From: Lama glama
Taxonomy: Eukaryota
Assembly: GCA_028534125.1 (NCBI GenBank)
Contig: CM052851.1
Coordinates: 1,922,001-1,986,000 of the forward strand
Direction: 5' to 3'
Length of the DNA: 64,000 bases
Within the stretch, counting starts at the first letter, position 1. Every line of letters begins with the position of its first letter. Shown here one piece after another: positions 38,001 through 50,402 of the stretch. The notes under the pieces were generated by a model that saw only the letters and a list, made by a program, of their open reading frames with translations, searched no databases and was not told the DNA's origin. The position numbers and the translations under genes are program-made.

Positions 38001-38650
38001 TAGACGGGTGCCAAAAGCACGTGGGCATAAGGGACGACAGGACAGCAAGGACAGCACTGCTGTCTATCGCCAGAGGTCCTGGCACGCCTCCATCCTGGCC
38101 ACAGAGATTTTTACAGGTAAAATAGGGGTATGACCAGACTGGGGAAAGGCTTAATGAGTCCTTGGGCTTACAGTCTTCTGGACAGAATTTATGCCTGTAC
38201 GATTTCTTTATTTACAGGCTACCACTTTATTCTTCAGAGAGGTTTTGAGGGGTCAATCTGGATCTCAGTGGAAGAGGCACCATGAATTCTGCCTATGTCT
38301 GCTGAGCATTCTGCCCGAAAAGCAGTGGGGATTGATACCCGGTTTAGTGGGGGAGGCGGGTAAGTCCAAGGTTTGCTCTTCTCTGGTCTGCAGTGTATTA
38401 AAGGCAAAGGGGCTGAATTCTCCTCAGTGCTGATCGGAATTAAAGGGATGCCTCCCCCTTCTGAGAGAAAGGATGGCAGTGTGCCACTTCTCCAGGAGTC
38501 TCCTCCTAGTAAACTAAGTATGGGAGCCAAACTGACAGGGAGAAATGAGTGCTCTGCACAAGCCCCAGACAAAAAGGTATGGCTGAGGCTAGGGCCTCGC
38601 TGCAGCCCGAGGTACAATGCACTGAAGACGCGCACTATTCTGAGGAAGAA
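35050..38650 (-). pseudogene. ERV pro/pol remnant (RT, RNase H, integrase)
   Basis: RT-like VDLSSVFFSV..QYLFAVTW, TVTLQGFT, LLQYVDGLLLC and PQTKCQLWGFLGLTGYCCSWIP. Integrase-like AYHPQLSGL..TNG and SPFE. GPY/F-like WKDPYQVL..NPCATKLQG near 35150-35090. Confidence 0.9.
36394..36801 (-). mobile_element. Non-autonomous Tigger1-type element nested in ERV pol
   Basis: Inverted termini CAGGCACACCTCG (36394) and CGAGGTGCCCCTG (ends 36801) followed by TA. Both Tigger1 ends are present and the transposase is deleted. Confidence 0.88.
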
Positions 38651-38839
38651 ACTGTTTAACTGCAGTTAGGTTGGGCGCTGGCAGAGCAGCCCCATGCCAA
38701 TCACTGCTGTCAGGAACTTGTCTCGCACGTGGAAAGCAATCTCCCCCAGCCTAAACTTAAAGGCACGACAGGGAACATGTGTGTCCTCTGAGCTCCAACA
38801 CTGGGGTGGGTTTGGCTGTTGGCTCTTGGAGGACTGCAA

Positions 38840-39960
38840 CTGTTTGGATTCCAATTTATAGCAATCTTTTTTCCAACGGCCAGGTTTGCTTCGGAGTCTC
38901 CATCTGCTGGAGTTGTCTTTCTTTCGATATCATAGTATCGGGTACTAGGTAACTGACCGGCCAGATTGACGATATCAGGGTAGACACAGTCTCCAATTCT
39001 ATACAGGTTCTTCTGACGAACAGATTAATTCCTTGGTTAGGTCATTTAAAACATGGAGTTAAAAGCCCCCTGGCTGGAGTCAGCACCCACTAGAAGCCTG
39101 AAATTCCACTTGAACATGATGTGGGGCCTGCCAGAACAGCTACGGACAGGTACAGCACGCTTCCTGACACATGCCTGCATCTTCCAGTCCCTGGACTTGG
39201 GGGAGGCTCTAGGGGTGGCTTCATGTTGTCTTTTGGCTGTATGGAGAGCTTGGTCACACAACAGGGCAGGTGGCTGGTTTAGTTTAAGCCTTAGCGATTG
39301 TTCAGGGTTTTCTCCACCAGTTGTTTTAATCCAGTGCTGGGTTTGCCTTATTTTAGGCAAGCAAGTGGACTGACTGGTAGACTGCAGAGACCAAGCTGGC
39401 AAGTCAGGGTTTACAGTACTGAATTTCTCACCAAAGAGGCTCCTAAGCTATCTTGGGAAAGTTCCTTAGTTACAGCCCTAAACTTGACCTTTGCCCAAGG
39501 GGTGCAGGAAACTTGCTGTGGTCCAGTGTTGAAAGAGGAGGTTTTAATGGACTTGGTTGGTGAGGTTTCAGAGACAGGAAAGCAAGGAAGTTCAGACAGA
39601 GGGGAGGGGAAGGAGGCAGCAAAGAGATACACAGAAGAGGTGAAGCAGTGGGGGTAGACAGGACCTCAGCTCGCACTAAGATACAGAGGCCTCTCACATT
39701 TTTAAAAATCCATCTTTAGCTGTTTATTTGCTTGGAAATAAACAGGATTTGGGGATTTGGAAACAGGATTCTGTAAGAAGGCAATTTAAGAATCCTGAAC
39801 ACATTCAGGAGCCTCCAGATGACAATTAAAATAATGACCCCATTTGAATGGTTTAATCTGGTAGCCAGGGTCTTGGTTTGATGTTTGGGGAGATCAAAGG
39901 TTCCCTACAATGGCCAGTGGAGTTCTAAGTTATCCTTAGTAAGACTGGTCCATTTTACTA
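38840..39960 (-). pseudogene. ERV gag remnant
   Basis: KWTSLTKDNLELHWPL*GTFDLPK (matrix-like), TPWAKVKFRAVTKE (capsid-like), and a partial zinc knuckle KPGRWKKDCYK near 38890-38855. Confidence 0.75.
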
Positions 39961-40799
39961 ACTGTCTTAGCAAAGGTCCTCAATGTGTCCCCATGATAAG
40001 TGAACGATTAAAATTAACTTGAATGTAATCAATATGTTTCTGTAAGACTTGAGAATTTCAATACAGCCTATAATTCTTATTAGGTTAGGACGGTAGTTAA
40101 ACGAACCCCACACCATAATTATTCGGCTCACGTAAGTCAGAGCACTAGTGACCGCACCCTGTCAACCTAACACGAAGCCTGGTCAGCCCCAGGGAACAGC
40201 TCCAAGCCCTGCAAGGACACCAGGTCGTGCTTTGGTTTAGGAGCACAACAGAGGGGCAAACAGGCCAGCTACTCGTCCCTACTCCAAGAGGGAGTTAGGA
40301 CATCCCCGAAGGACACCACAACATCACCCACAAAACCTGGCCAGAATAGGAAGCCCTGGCTGAGGCAGCCCCGAGCTAGTCCATTTTGCTCTAATCTGTG
40401 GATCCCTTACCCAGTCTGTATCATTACATTCCTTAGTATTAGCCAAGTAATTATGTTGGAATTAACAAGCCAGCAGGTAAGTGAAAATATATCTAAAGTA
40501 AACCACCAGATAACTATGTAAATATCTGAACTACTGGCAAAAGGTCTCGCAAATCAACACACCCTTCAATACACTTGTTATCTCTTATTGAAAAAAAGTG
40601 TTGAGATCCTAAACTCATATAAGTAGTCCCAAACTTACGTTCAATCTGATTTCAATCATGTGTAAAGACTGATAACCTTTTTTTTTTAAGAGTTCTGAAT
40701 TGGTACTTTACTTTTTATTTGACAATTAATTATCTTTATATACCAGGGTCTTTTATATTACATCTTCTAGTGTCCCCATTGTAAGCATTAGAAGCACTG

Positions 40800-40985
40800 G
40801 TTTTTTTTTTGGAGGGGGGTAGATATATTTTTTCATTGAAGTACAGTTTACAATGTTGTGTCAATTTCTGGTGTATACAGAATAATGCTTCAGTCATACA
40901 TATACATACATATATTCTTTTTAACCATAAGTTACTGTAAGATACTGAACATAGTTCCCTGTGCTACACAGGATGAACCTGTTAT
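40800..40985 (-). mobile_element. L1 3' end fragment
   Basis: T-run, then attgaagtacagtttacaatgttgtgtcaatttctggtgt...gatactgaacatagttccctgtgctacacag, typical of laurasiatherian L1 3' ends. Confidence 0.7.
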
Positions 40986-41567
40986 GTATAAGACCGATAA
41001 TCCAATATATATGCACTTCCTTTTTCTTTTGGTATGATAAAAAAATTTATTTTAAAAAATTCACACATACTACATAGATAAACCAAGACTGGCAAATAGT
41101 TAACTACTGTTGCTAAGAGTCAGGTAGTTAGGTATGGGGAATCACTACTTTTGGATATGCTGAAAACTTTTTATTATCACGTAAAAAAAAAAAGAATGGA
41201 TAAACAATACATTTGTCCTCCTACTGAAGAACAAAGCGCATGAAAGCATGGACCTGTCTACTTGCTCAACGCAGCAGTCCCTGTGGCAGGAGACAGTGGC
41301 CAAGCAATCTGCCTACCTCATTCACTCACTGCTGCTGAGTGAGTCTGCCTGTGTTATACGTACACAGCACGGGGTCAGGCATCCCTTGCATACCTGAGCC
41401 TCTCCCAAGCAGGTTCTGAAGACACACAGGAAGTCATGCCTGCTTAGAAGATCTAACTGTCATGACACAACAGTGGACTGTCTCTTCAGAAGCTTGCCAG
41501 AGACCAAGCCCTCAGTTTTCAGGAAGAAAGTAAAAAACAATTTCCCTTCCTTAACCAAAGCATTCCA

Positions 41568-41770
41568 GGGGTAGGTACAGCTCAGTGGTAGAGTGCATGC
41601 TTAGCATACACAAGGTCTTGGGTTCAATCCCCAGTACCTCCTCTAAATAAATAAATAAATAAATAACCAACCAACCCTCATTACCTCCCCCTCCCCCCAA
41701 AATAGTAAAATGAATTAAAAAAAACTTAAAAAAATTTAAAAGAAACAAGTGAAATTAATTTAAAAATAAA
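41568..41770 (+). mobile_element. Camelid SINE (Vic-1-like) with TSD
   Basis: A and B boxes and (TAAA)n; TSD aaccaaagcattcca (41553-41567) / acccaaaacattcca (41771-41785). Confidence 0.9.
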
Positions 41771-42921
41771 ACCCAAAACATTCCATTTTTTACTCAAGAC
41801 ACAGTGGTTCTTCACTGCTATAGTTCCAATTTCCCCCTCCACTCTTCTCTCTGCAGCTCACTAGCATATGACTGAATGAGTCAAACATTTGAAAGTTTTT
41901 CTTAATCCAAGGTCACCAAAGCTCTTCCTCTCCACCCCATTTACAACGGCCGTCACCCAAGTCCCCACTCCTCCCTACTTCTCTTCTCAAAAACACCTAC
42001 CAATACTCAACTAGCTCGCCTGTCACCCACTGTGGAGTGCACGCCAGCAAGGCCTTTTGTCCGCTTTGCTCAGCACCCCAGAACCTAGAAGCGTGCCTCA
42101 CAGACTGAAGGCCTCCGTGAATGAAAGAACAAATAGATGTGAAGCGCTGCAAGCTACTTTGTGATAAAAGGACAAAAATGATGTTCCAACTTACAATACA
42201 ACTACATGCTTATCACCTTTGTACAGATTTAAGCTGTATAATCCATCTTTCTACTGCACAACTACTGAACAGAAGCCATCTTACCTCATTTTCGAATAGG
42301 CTTTTTGAGATAATAAAATGAACAGTACAAACATTGAAAAAAAAAGTCTCATGACCCAGAATGGAAGCACATTTAAGAACAACAGTGACAAGGTATATCT
42401 GTAAGAGGAAATGTAAGGCTACACAGCAGGTGACCAAGATCAGAAAGCAGAGTTCACAAAGTGATCTTTTGTAGTTTTCTTACTACAGAAATATACTGCT
42501 GCTCTTGTCGCTAACTATTCATGAAATTTAAAATTCAATGGCAAACAATGTAAAGCAGCCCTGTCTTCTCTGAAAAGGGCAGGGGAGAAAACCAACGGTT
42601 GTCAAATAAAAACAAACCTATGTCATCACAAACTATTTCTTGGAAACTGTCGTAACAGTCCAACACAAAAGTCTTCACTACCCATTAGTAAGGGTTTCCT
42701 TTGTGCTCAAGGGAAAAAAAATCTCACAACTACAGTTTAGGAAGGCAAGTATTCACTAAACTAGGAGATATGGTTCAAAGTAAGCTAAGGCCAGAGAAGA
42801 GCGACTTCCTGCAGTAACTCCGCATCAGCTACATTCTAGTTCTGAAATTATCCCAATGGTAGGACAGATAAACTAAGTGGTTTATCAGCCTTTTACTTTG
42901 GATGCCTAAACACAATTCCTC

Positions 42922-43083
42922 TTTTTTTTTTTTTAATGAATGAAGTCTTTGAGCTTCTTCGATTTATTTATTTATTTGGGGGACAGATTAGGTTTCTTTC
43001 TTTATTTTTAGAGGAGGTACTGGGGATTGTACCAAGGACCTCATCCGTGCTAAGCATGCTACCACTTGAGCTATACCCTCCCC
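42922..43083 (-). mobile_element. Camelid SINE (Vic-1-like), minus strand
   Basis: Head reads GGGGAGGGTATAGCTCAAGTGGTAGC on -; T-rich tail on +. Confidence 0.85.
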
Positions 43084-43112
43084 ACATTTCCCTTTAAAAA
43101 ACAAAAAAGTGA

Positions 43113-43239
43113 GGGGGCGGGTATAGCTCAGTGTTAGAGTGCACGCCTAGCATGCAGGAGGTCCTGGGTTCAATCCCCAGTACCTCTACTAAGTAAATAA
43201 ACTTAATTATCTCCCCTCCAAAACATAAACAAATGAAAA
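43113..43239 (+). mobile_element. Camelid SINE (Vic-1-like) with perfect 16-bp TSD
   Basis: taaaaaacaaaaaagt at 43095-43110 and 43240-43255; A and B boxes. Confidence 0.9.
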
Positions 43240-45719
43240 TAAAAAACAAAAAAGTAAGCACTCCTTAGATAACAATCCCAGACCAATCGCCCAACAAACT
43301 CCTCACTGCTGCCTTATTATTCAAACCGGCCATCACTGGGAGCACTGGTTCTTCCCCATTTCATACAGCTGATACCCTCCTGCCCAGATACTATTCTTCA
43401 AAAACAAACAAACAAGAAAACTGGGTTCACTGGCAAATTTTTTGGAAGTACAACATGAACTTATCGAAACAGTTTTAAACCACTGTTAAACTGTGGGCAA
43501 TGAACAAAAAGGAAGAAAAACACTCTGAAAATGAGTAACTCTGAACTTTGTTATCTCACGTATACACGTGTGTTTGAGGTCACCTCCTGAAGCCAGAAGA
43601 CTATCAACTGCTCCAATGAAGGAAAGTGGAGAAAGCTTCAGTCTGAACCCCAGCTGGTCAGAGAACTGCAGATACAGGGAATTAATGTGCTCTCAATATC
43701 AGGCTGCTAAAAATCCTGACAGGTTAATGGAACTATTTTAACTGAAGATTCAAGTATAAATTCACAGACTGCAATGTGTTGATGAACACATTCCAACTCA
43801 AAGCACTCAATTTCTGTAAAATCATGAACTACATCATACAGAGAAAAATCTCTAAACTCAAAATACCACAGAAGAGCCTGATAATCTAAACCATCAATTC
43901 ACAAAACTACAATGCCTGGATATTTTCAGAGGACAACAATCCCAAAACACATGTATTCTTTCCAGAATTCAGCTCACTGAGGTTATCAAATCAAAAATGA
44001 CAAACTCAGCCATGGTACAGAACCCATTCAACGTCTCCACTCACTGTTCTACATATCATTTTCAAAGATAATGTCACATAAGTACTTAGATGTTATCTCA
44101 TGATCCAGAGGCACATTCAATCACAAACACTCGAAATTAGTAACACCGTTCAACCAGGGGAGGAAAAAAAAATAAAAAAAGACTGCAAATGTATGTGTAA
44201 TAACAGGTATTTAAGACAGCACTACACAATTAGAATTACTTTGTATAATTATAAACAACTATTTTGAGAATAATAATTCTCATACCATGAGACAAGGTCT
44301 TAAGCTTCTAGTGAAAATGTCCCTAAGTAAACCTGGGAAGGTTACAATTTCTATTTTTATTTTATCTTTAAAATTAATTTCTGTTGTTACTTTAATTCTG
44401 TAAGAAATTAAGCTTTGCAATGTTTTTCTTGACCAACAGTCATATCCTCAGTTGTCTTCCAAATTTCAGAACAAAAATGATAACTTACCTTCAAAAGATT
44501 AAAGAAAAAACTTTCCTTCTCCCAAAACAAGTTAAAAAAAAAAAAGGAAGAAAGAAAGAAAAGAAGAAAAAGAAAAAAAAGTAGCTAGCAGATTCGAGAA
44601 AATTCATTTTCTGGGTTATTTTTCCTGTCAACTCTACCTTAATAAAGTTAACCACTGATAACTTTAATTTTTAAACCATCTCCCTCTGCTTTAGTCACTC
44701 ATTTAATCTTTTAAACGTATCCCTACTCTATTACCACCTTTCTCAGGAGTTCATTTTACATTTGTGTATTATTTATCCCACTAGCAACTGTTAATAATCA
44801 ATCTGAAATTATTTCCAGATTCTATTATGGGAAGCATTCAGCATTCTGGGGAATCACACTTTGGAGCTGGAAGTGATCGACCAGCTAAAATTCTCAAAAA
44901 CTAGTCTTCTGTTAGGTTCAGTGCAATAATAAAAACAATTTCTTATTAAAACTTCCTTTATTTTCTATACAGAAACAGTAAAACTGGGCAAAGTGAAAAC
45001 CGCCTGCCTTACAGGGCCTTAAGCTTCCTCAGTGGTTAAAAGGAACAGTACTTATCTCATAAGGTTATCAGACTATCATTACGAGTTGACGCAGCCAAAG
45101 AGATTATCGGAGGCCACGGTGTGCAGTACAGTCACTAGTCATCTCGAGGTACAGTTACTACTGCAGGAAGGCAGGAACTTTAAAAAGGGCAATTTTAAGT
45201 TCCACGACTTCCCCTGCTTGCTTGTACGAGAGAATTTTCACAAGCCTGTATGTATGCTTTACACCTACACGCAGGTAAAGCAGAGTGAGCATGTGAACCA
45301 AAGCCCGGACCGACGCGTCCCAAGGATTCCTTTGAGAGTGTAGGACAGTGACGACCCTGCTAGGTGAGTGCACACGCGCCCACACCAGTGACCGGACACA
45401 GCCCTCCTAGGGGCCTAAAGGCTTCTTGCCGGGCTCACCTTAGACCACAGAGAACTGCGGACGGTGGCAAGTCTTACCACCACCAGGCAGCCCTTTCCTG
45501 GGACGAAAAAGCAGTCAGAAAACAAGAGATCGGGGGGGGGGGCGCGGGGAGGACAGTGGCCTAGCATTCAGGTAAAAAGACACCAGTGTGTCTGCTGTCA
45601 CATCTCTGAGCCGAGACATGCATGGCACCGTTCCATCCGTGACGTGCCCGCGCCACCGAACTCTCCCTTCTTGGAAGGTCCACTTCTCCGTCTGCAGGAT
45701 GACGTTAGACAGTAGCGCA

Positions 45720-46950
45720 GGCTAGCCGGCCGCCCCGTCCCGCGTGTCCGTTAGTCCGCCGCGGGCGCACGCCGCCGCCGCCCGTGCCCCCTGCGCGGCC
45801 TCCAGCACCACCCCGGACCGCGCCGGGTCCCACTTTCTCCGCAAACGCAGCAGCCCCGCCGCACCGACGCGGGGACGGAGCCCGCCGCGGCGCGCGCTCA
45901 CTCTCCGCGCGGAGAGCTCCGGTTCCGAAAACAAAGGTCCTTGGGCGGCTCTGCGTTCGCCCCGGACCCCGCGGCCTTAACCTTCGCGGGACGCCGCGGG
46001 GCCGGCAGGCGGGAGCCGCGCGGGAACAAAGCGCTCCTGACCTTCAGGAGCGGGGCGGGGCGGGGCGCGACACCTGCCACCGCCCCGCCGCCGCCGCCCG
46101 GCCCCACCCGGCTCCCCGCGGGTCCCGCTCCCGCCCGCCGCCCGCTCCCGCACGCCCCGCTCCCCGCCGCCGCTCCGGGCGCTCCGGGCCGGGCCCCGCC
46201 CCTGCCGCCGCGAACTCCCGAGATGGCGGCCCCGGGCCTCGTCCCCACCGCCCCTGTCCCGCCAGCTACGCCAGCCGCCCCAGCCGCCGTTACCCGGTCG
46301 AGCCCTCGCGTCCATACCTCACGCCTCCTGCGGCAGTAGCGGCGGCCGTGTCTACTTCGCTCGCTCCGGGACTGCGCCGCCGTGGCCGCCAATAACGCCG
46401 CCTCCCATTGGCTGAGCCTCTGGCCCCGCCCTCCACGAGCAAACTGGGCTGCGATTGGGCGGGCATGGCGCAAGTCAACTACGCTTCGGCGCCGATGGTG
46501 ACGACCAATCAGAGGCCGCAGAGGAGGCGCCAAGCTGAGCCCGGCAGAGACCCGCGGGCCGCATGCAAACAGGAGTGTGTGACGTCTGCGGGGGCGCGCG
46601 TCCGCGTTCCTTCTGCCTCTTTAAGGGCCGGGGGCGCGCGGAAGCCACGTGGTGGGCGCCTGCGGCAGCCCACCCCCCAACCCCCGCCGTCGCACCGCCT
46701 TCCCACCCCCCCAACCCCGGCCTGCGCTGTGCATTCCTCACCCCGCCCCCCCCCCGGCCGGTGCAGCCCCCTACTCCCAACTCGGGCGCACCGCCTCTCC
46801 TCCTGCGCGGTCCCCCTCCCCAGGCCCCGTAGGACTGGGTGCCATCTCCTGGCCCAGTCATCCCCCGCGCCCCCTAGTTCCTCTGGTTGAGTTCCACCGC
46901 CAGGAGCGCGCGCTGACCCCACCGACCTCCGGCGACCCCATCGCCTGGGC
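45720..46950. promoter_or_regulatory. NAP1L4: CpG island / TATA-less NAP1L4 promoter
   Basis: Dense CpG. CCAAT/ATTGG at 46389, 46407, 46454 and 46505; GC boxes at 46424 and 46457; near-CRE TGACGTCT at 46580; E-box CACGTG at 46646; YY1-like AGATGGCGGC at 46221. Confidence 0.9.
46318..46395 (-). other. NAP1L4: NAP1L4 non-coding exon 1 (TSS approximate)
   Basis: ...GCCGCAGGAGGCGTGAG|gtatgg donor just downstream of the CCAAT/GC boxes; matches the recalled human 5' UTR junction. Confidence 0.75.
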
Positions 46951-47954
46951 CTCTCCCCTCAAATTCCTGGGCTGTTCCTGCCTGCGGGGCGTGACACGCG
47001 GGGTCCCGTCTTCCTCACCCACCCCCACCCCATCCCGCACACTCACGTGCTCTTTTGGACAGCGCCCAGGCCTTCCCTCCCCAGTCTCTCAGCCTGGCTT
47101 CAGCTTGGCAGAGCCACTGGCCAGAAGGGCAGGGGGTGCTGGGCCTCATCTGAGTTCCTAGAAAAGCATTAATCTAAAAACTGCATGAGTAAGATGACAA
47201 TTTGGTTGGAAACCCATATTCCCCAGGCCTGGTCTTCTGAGAGAATTTATTTCTATGCACTATCTTCAGTTACGGGAGGGTCTTTGATTATTTCTGTCCG
47301 TTTCTTCAGAAATTTTACTTTCTTTGAGTGGCGTCTGAAACACTCCTAACTTTCAGCAAGTTCCTGTTCTATGGTGTTGGGGGATGGGAGGAGTCTGAAA
47401 CCATCCCGAGGTTCCTGTTAGGGACATAAGGTCAGTTACAAACCACAGGGTGGCCAGCAAGTGCCCGGCTGTGACCCTCACAGCTGAGACTGGCCTCTGC
47501 CCGCGTCTGAACTGGGAGGATGTGTGTGTCCTTCCTGTTTGCTTTACCTGGATCTTTCCTGCAATGACTTTGCTTTGCTTTTGGCGAGGTTGGGGCAGAG
47601 CTGGAGGGTGGAGGGGGAACATAAGCTACTCCAAAAGTAGGAAGCCCAGCATTTTCAGGTTTGGAGGTCTTTCCTCCGCCTGGTTAGTAAAGTCTCAAAC
47701 CCTCAGAGGCCACCGGATCTCGTCCTGCCTGGATGCTGGGGGCTGGTGCAGGTGGCATCGAGCTGGTGGAGTCCTCTCCAGAGCCGGCCACCATGCCAGT
47801 GGTAGTTAGGTGGCCTGGTGGGCTGGTAGCTGGGTCTGGTCCTTGGTGGAATGGCTGTGGTGGTGCGACTGTTCCCCGGGTCACTTGAGTGAGTTGGTGG
47901 GAAGGTGGGTGACATCGTCCAAAGCCCTTCTGTCTATGACAATACTGAGAATGC

Positions 47955-48375
47955 TGTTCTGATTTCTTGCCACAGCAAAGGAACACAAACAGTGGGGCTT
48001 AGAAAACAGCAGCATTGTGTTCTCTCAGGGTTCTGGCAGCTAGGAGGCAGAAATCGAGACGCCACGGGGCTGGGCTCCCTTCAAAGGCTCTAGGGGAGGA
48101 CTCTCTGCCTATGCCAGCTTCTTGGGGCTCCAGGCCGTCTTGGGTTTGTGGCTGTTCTCACTCCAGTCCCTGCCTGATCTTCACATAGCCTTCTCTGTGT
48201 CTCCACGTGTCCTCTGCTTAGAAAGACACTCCAGTCCCTGCACTAGGGCCCACCCTAATGGCCTCATCTTAACTTTATCACATCTGCAAATCCCCTGTTT
48301 CTGACCATCAAGTGCACAGGTTCTGGGAGTAGGGGTTGAACCTGTAACTGGGAGGCTGCCATTTGGCCCACAGCA
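47955..48375 (-). mobile_element. MLT1 (ERVL-MaLR) solo LTR
   Basis: ggcttagaaaacagcag...ggctctaggggaggactct...agggcccaccctaatggcctcatcttaact...acatctgcaaa motifs. Confidence 0.75.
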
Positions 48376-49820
48376 CCTTGAGGCGGTGCCCTGGCCGTTG
48401 CCTCGACCCATGGGCTGTGCACAAGAGAGCAGGGGTAAAGGGGCAGGTGTTCCTGGGTGGAACCACCGGAGCCAGAGCCCTGCTCTACCCAATTCTAGCG
48501 GGGTGGCCTTGGCTGAGAAGCTGGCACCTGCTTTGTGGGACTGGGGAGAGTTGGATCAGCACTGGGTGAGTGGCCAGTTTGGTGTGGGTCTGTTCTGGTT
48601 ACTGCAGCTGCCTGGCAAGGGCCAGGAACTAAGTGCCTGGGGACACGACATGTGGCGAGGGGGAAGGCTCTTCCCTTTAGTCCCTGCGCAGAAAATCCTG
48701 TCTGGTAAGCCGCTGGGCCTGCGTTGCCCCAGGTGACATCTGGTCCACCACAGCCAAAGGCCCTGATGCTCAGGGTGGCATGTGCAGCCACCTCGGAGCC
48801 AGCACACTGAGTCCAGGGCCACTCTGGGCTGCCCTTTGACAGGCCAGAAGGGCCAACTTTGGGGCCTGCTTGTGGCGCAGACACTGCCTGGAGAAAGCAG
48901 GCAGGGCCCGGGATGGTAGAGCCCTCCTGTCCGCACCCCCGGCCTGCCACTCTGGGGCTCATGTAGGTTTGGGAGAAGGCCCCTTTTGGGGGTTTGTGAG
49001 TGATAGCAAGATCCTGTCTACCCACATTTTCCTTTGTGGGCTCCCACCTGTCGTTTAGGTCCAGCTGGAAGTACTCTCCTCAGAGGGCCCTTCTTTGAAC
49101 ACCCCTACTGCCACCTACCCCTGCCTTATTTCCACCACAGCACTATCGCCAGCTTTCTTGAAGTATGTTCACTCAATCAGGAGCAAGTCTGTCCCCCCTA
49201 CTAGAAGAAAAAGTAGCAGGAAGGCTTCCAGGAGGAAGTGGTGCTCCAGATACCTGAGAACTGTAGGAGAGGGCGGAGCGCGTGCGGAGGCAGGAGGCGG
49301 GCAGCACAGGGCATTCCAGGACCTACAGACAGCTGGCAGGGGTGGGGGGGGCTCACACCCTGCAGGGAGCTCCTGGCAGATGTCCGGGCACACGTTTGCA
49401 CGACAGAGATTTCAGGGCGGGGGACAGCGGGTGATGCCTCAGCCAGGCTGCACTCCGTGGCCTCACCTGCAAGGAGGAGTGACGGGGGGGGGTGTTGCCA
49501 GCAGGGTGCCAGGCTCAGAGTGATGCCAGCAATGCCACCCCATGCCCTCTGCCTGGGTCAGACGTTTCCCCAGACCTCGGGCACTGAGTCTGATTCCCCA
49601 ACAGAAAGGGGAATAGGAATCCACTGCAGTTGTCCTCATGCGGAACGGCTCTTTGAAACCTGCGAAATGTCCGTCTGTGTCTATTGTGAAATTAGGCAAC
49701 GTTCCTCGCCTGCCTGCACTGACTATATTTTCTGCCCCCACCCATTATAGTCACATATGGGTTTATTTAAATAAAGCACTAAGTCATATTAAATGTGCTG
49801 AAGAGGCCAAAGTTCAGGGA

Positions 49821-50402
49821 TGGATATCTGCTGGTTCCTGGGGCTGTCACAAGGAGGTACCAAAAATGGCAGAGCTTCAACAACAGAAAGCTGTTCTTTC
49901 CCAGTTCTGGACAGCCAAGCCTGAAGCTGAGGTGTGGGCAGGGTCCCGCTCCCTCCAGAGGCTCTAGGGGAGGGCCTTTCTGCCTCTTCCAGCTCCAGGG
50001 GCTCCAGGTGTCCCCGGGCTCGTGGCCACAGCACTACAGCCTCTGTCCTCACATGGCCTCTCCCTGGGTCTGTGTCTCCCCTTTTACAGATACAAGTCAT
50101 TTGGATTTAGGGCTCACCCTACTCCAGGGCGACCTCTCCTTCTTCTTCTTTTTTTTTTTTTTTTTTTGGAGGGGGAAGGTAATTAGGTTTATCTATTTAC
50201 TTATTTTACTGGAGGTCCTGGGGCTTGAACCCAGGACCTCATGCATGCTAAGCACGCACTCTGTAACTGAGCCCCACCCACCCAGCCAGTGCGACCGCTT
50301 CTTAGCCTGACTACATTTGCAAAGACACTGTCTCCAACAAGCTCGCGCTGTGGAGTTCTGGGTGAACGTGAGTTTTAGGGGGACACTACTCAACTCAATA
50401 CA
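49821..50402 (-). mobile_element. MLT1 (ERVL-MaLR) solo LTR split by a SINE
   Basis: Minus strand begins TGTATTGAGTTGAGTAGTGTCCCCCTAAAA; internal ttggatttagggctcaccct and acatttgcaaagac motifs. Confidence 0.8.
50142..50285 (-). mobile_element. Camelid SINE (Vic-1-like) nested in MLT1
   Basis: Poly-T tail on +, gtaattaggttt, ttgaacccaggacctc; degenerate TSD ccagggcgacctctcctt / ccagtgcgaccgcttctt. Confidence 0.85.

Larger units (their letters stand above)
32666..39960 (-). mobile_element. Decayed class I (ERV1) endogenous retrovirus, gag-pol-env-3'LTR; 5' LTR not recognisable
   Basis: Gag, RT, integrase and env-TM motifs occur in the correct order on the minus strand, with many frameshifts and stops. 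Confidence 0.9.

Noticed and set aside
40160-40170. tgtcaac as the end of a 5' LTR
   Set aside because: The adjacent sequence does not resemble the 3' LTR and no PBS-like TGG follows on the minus strand.
45722-47161. Long ORFs (up to 211 aa) across the CpG island
   Set aside because: Explained by stop-codon depletion in very high GC sequence; low-complexity products in most frames.
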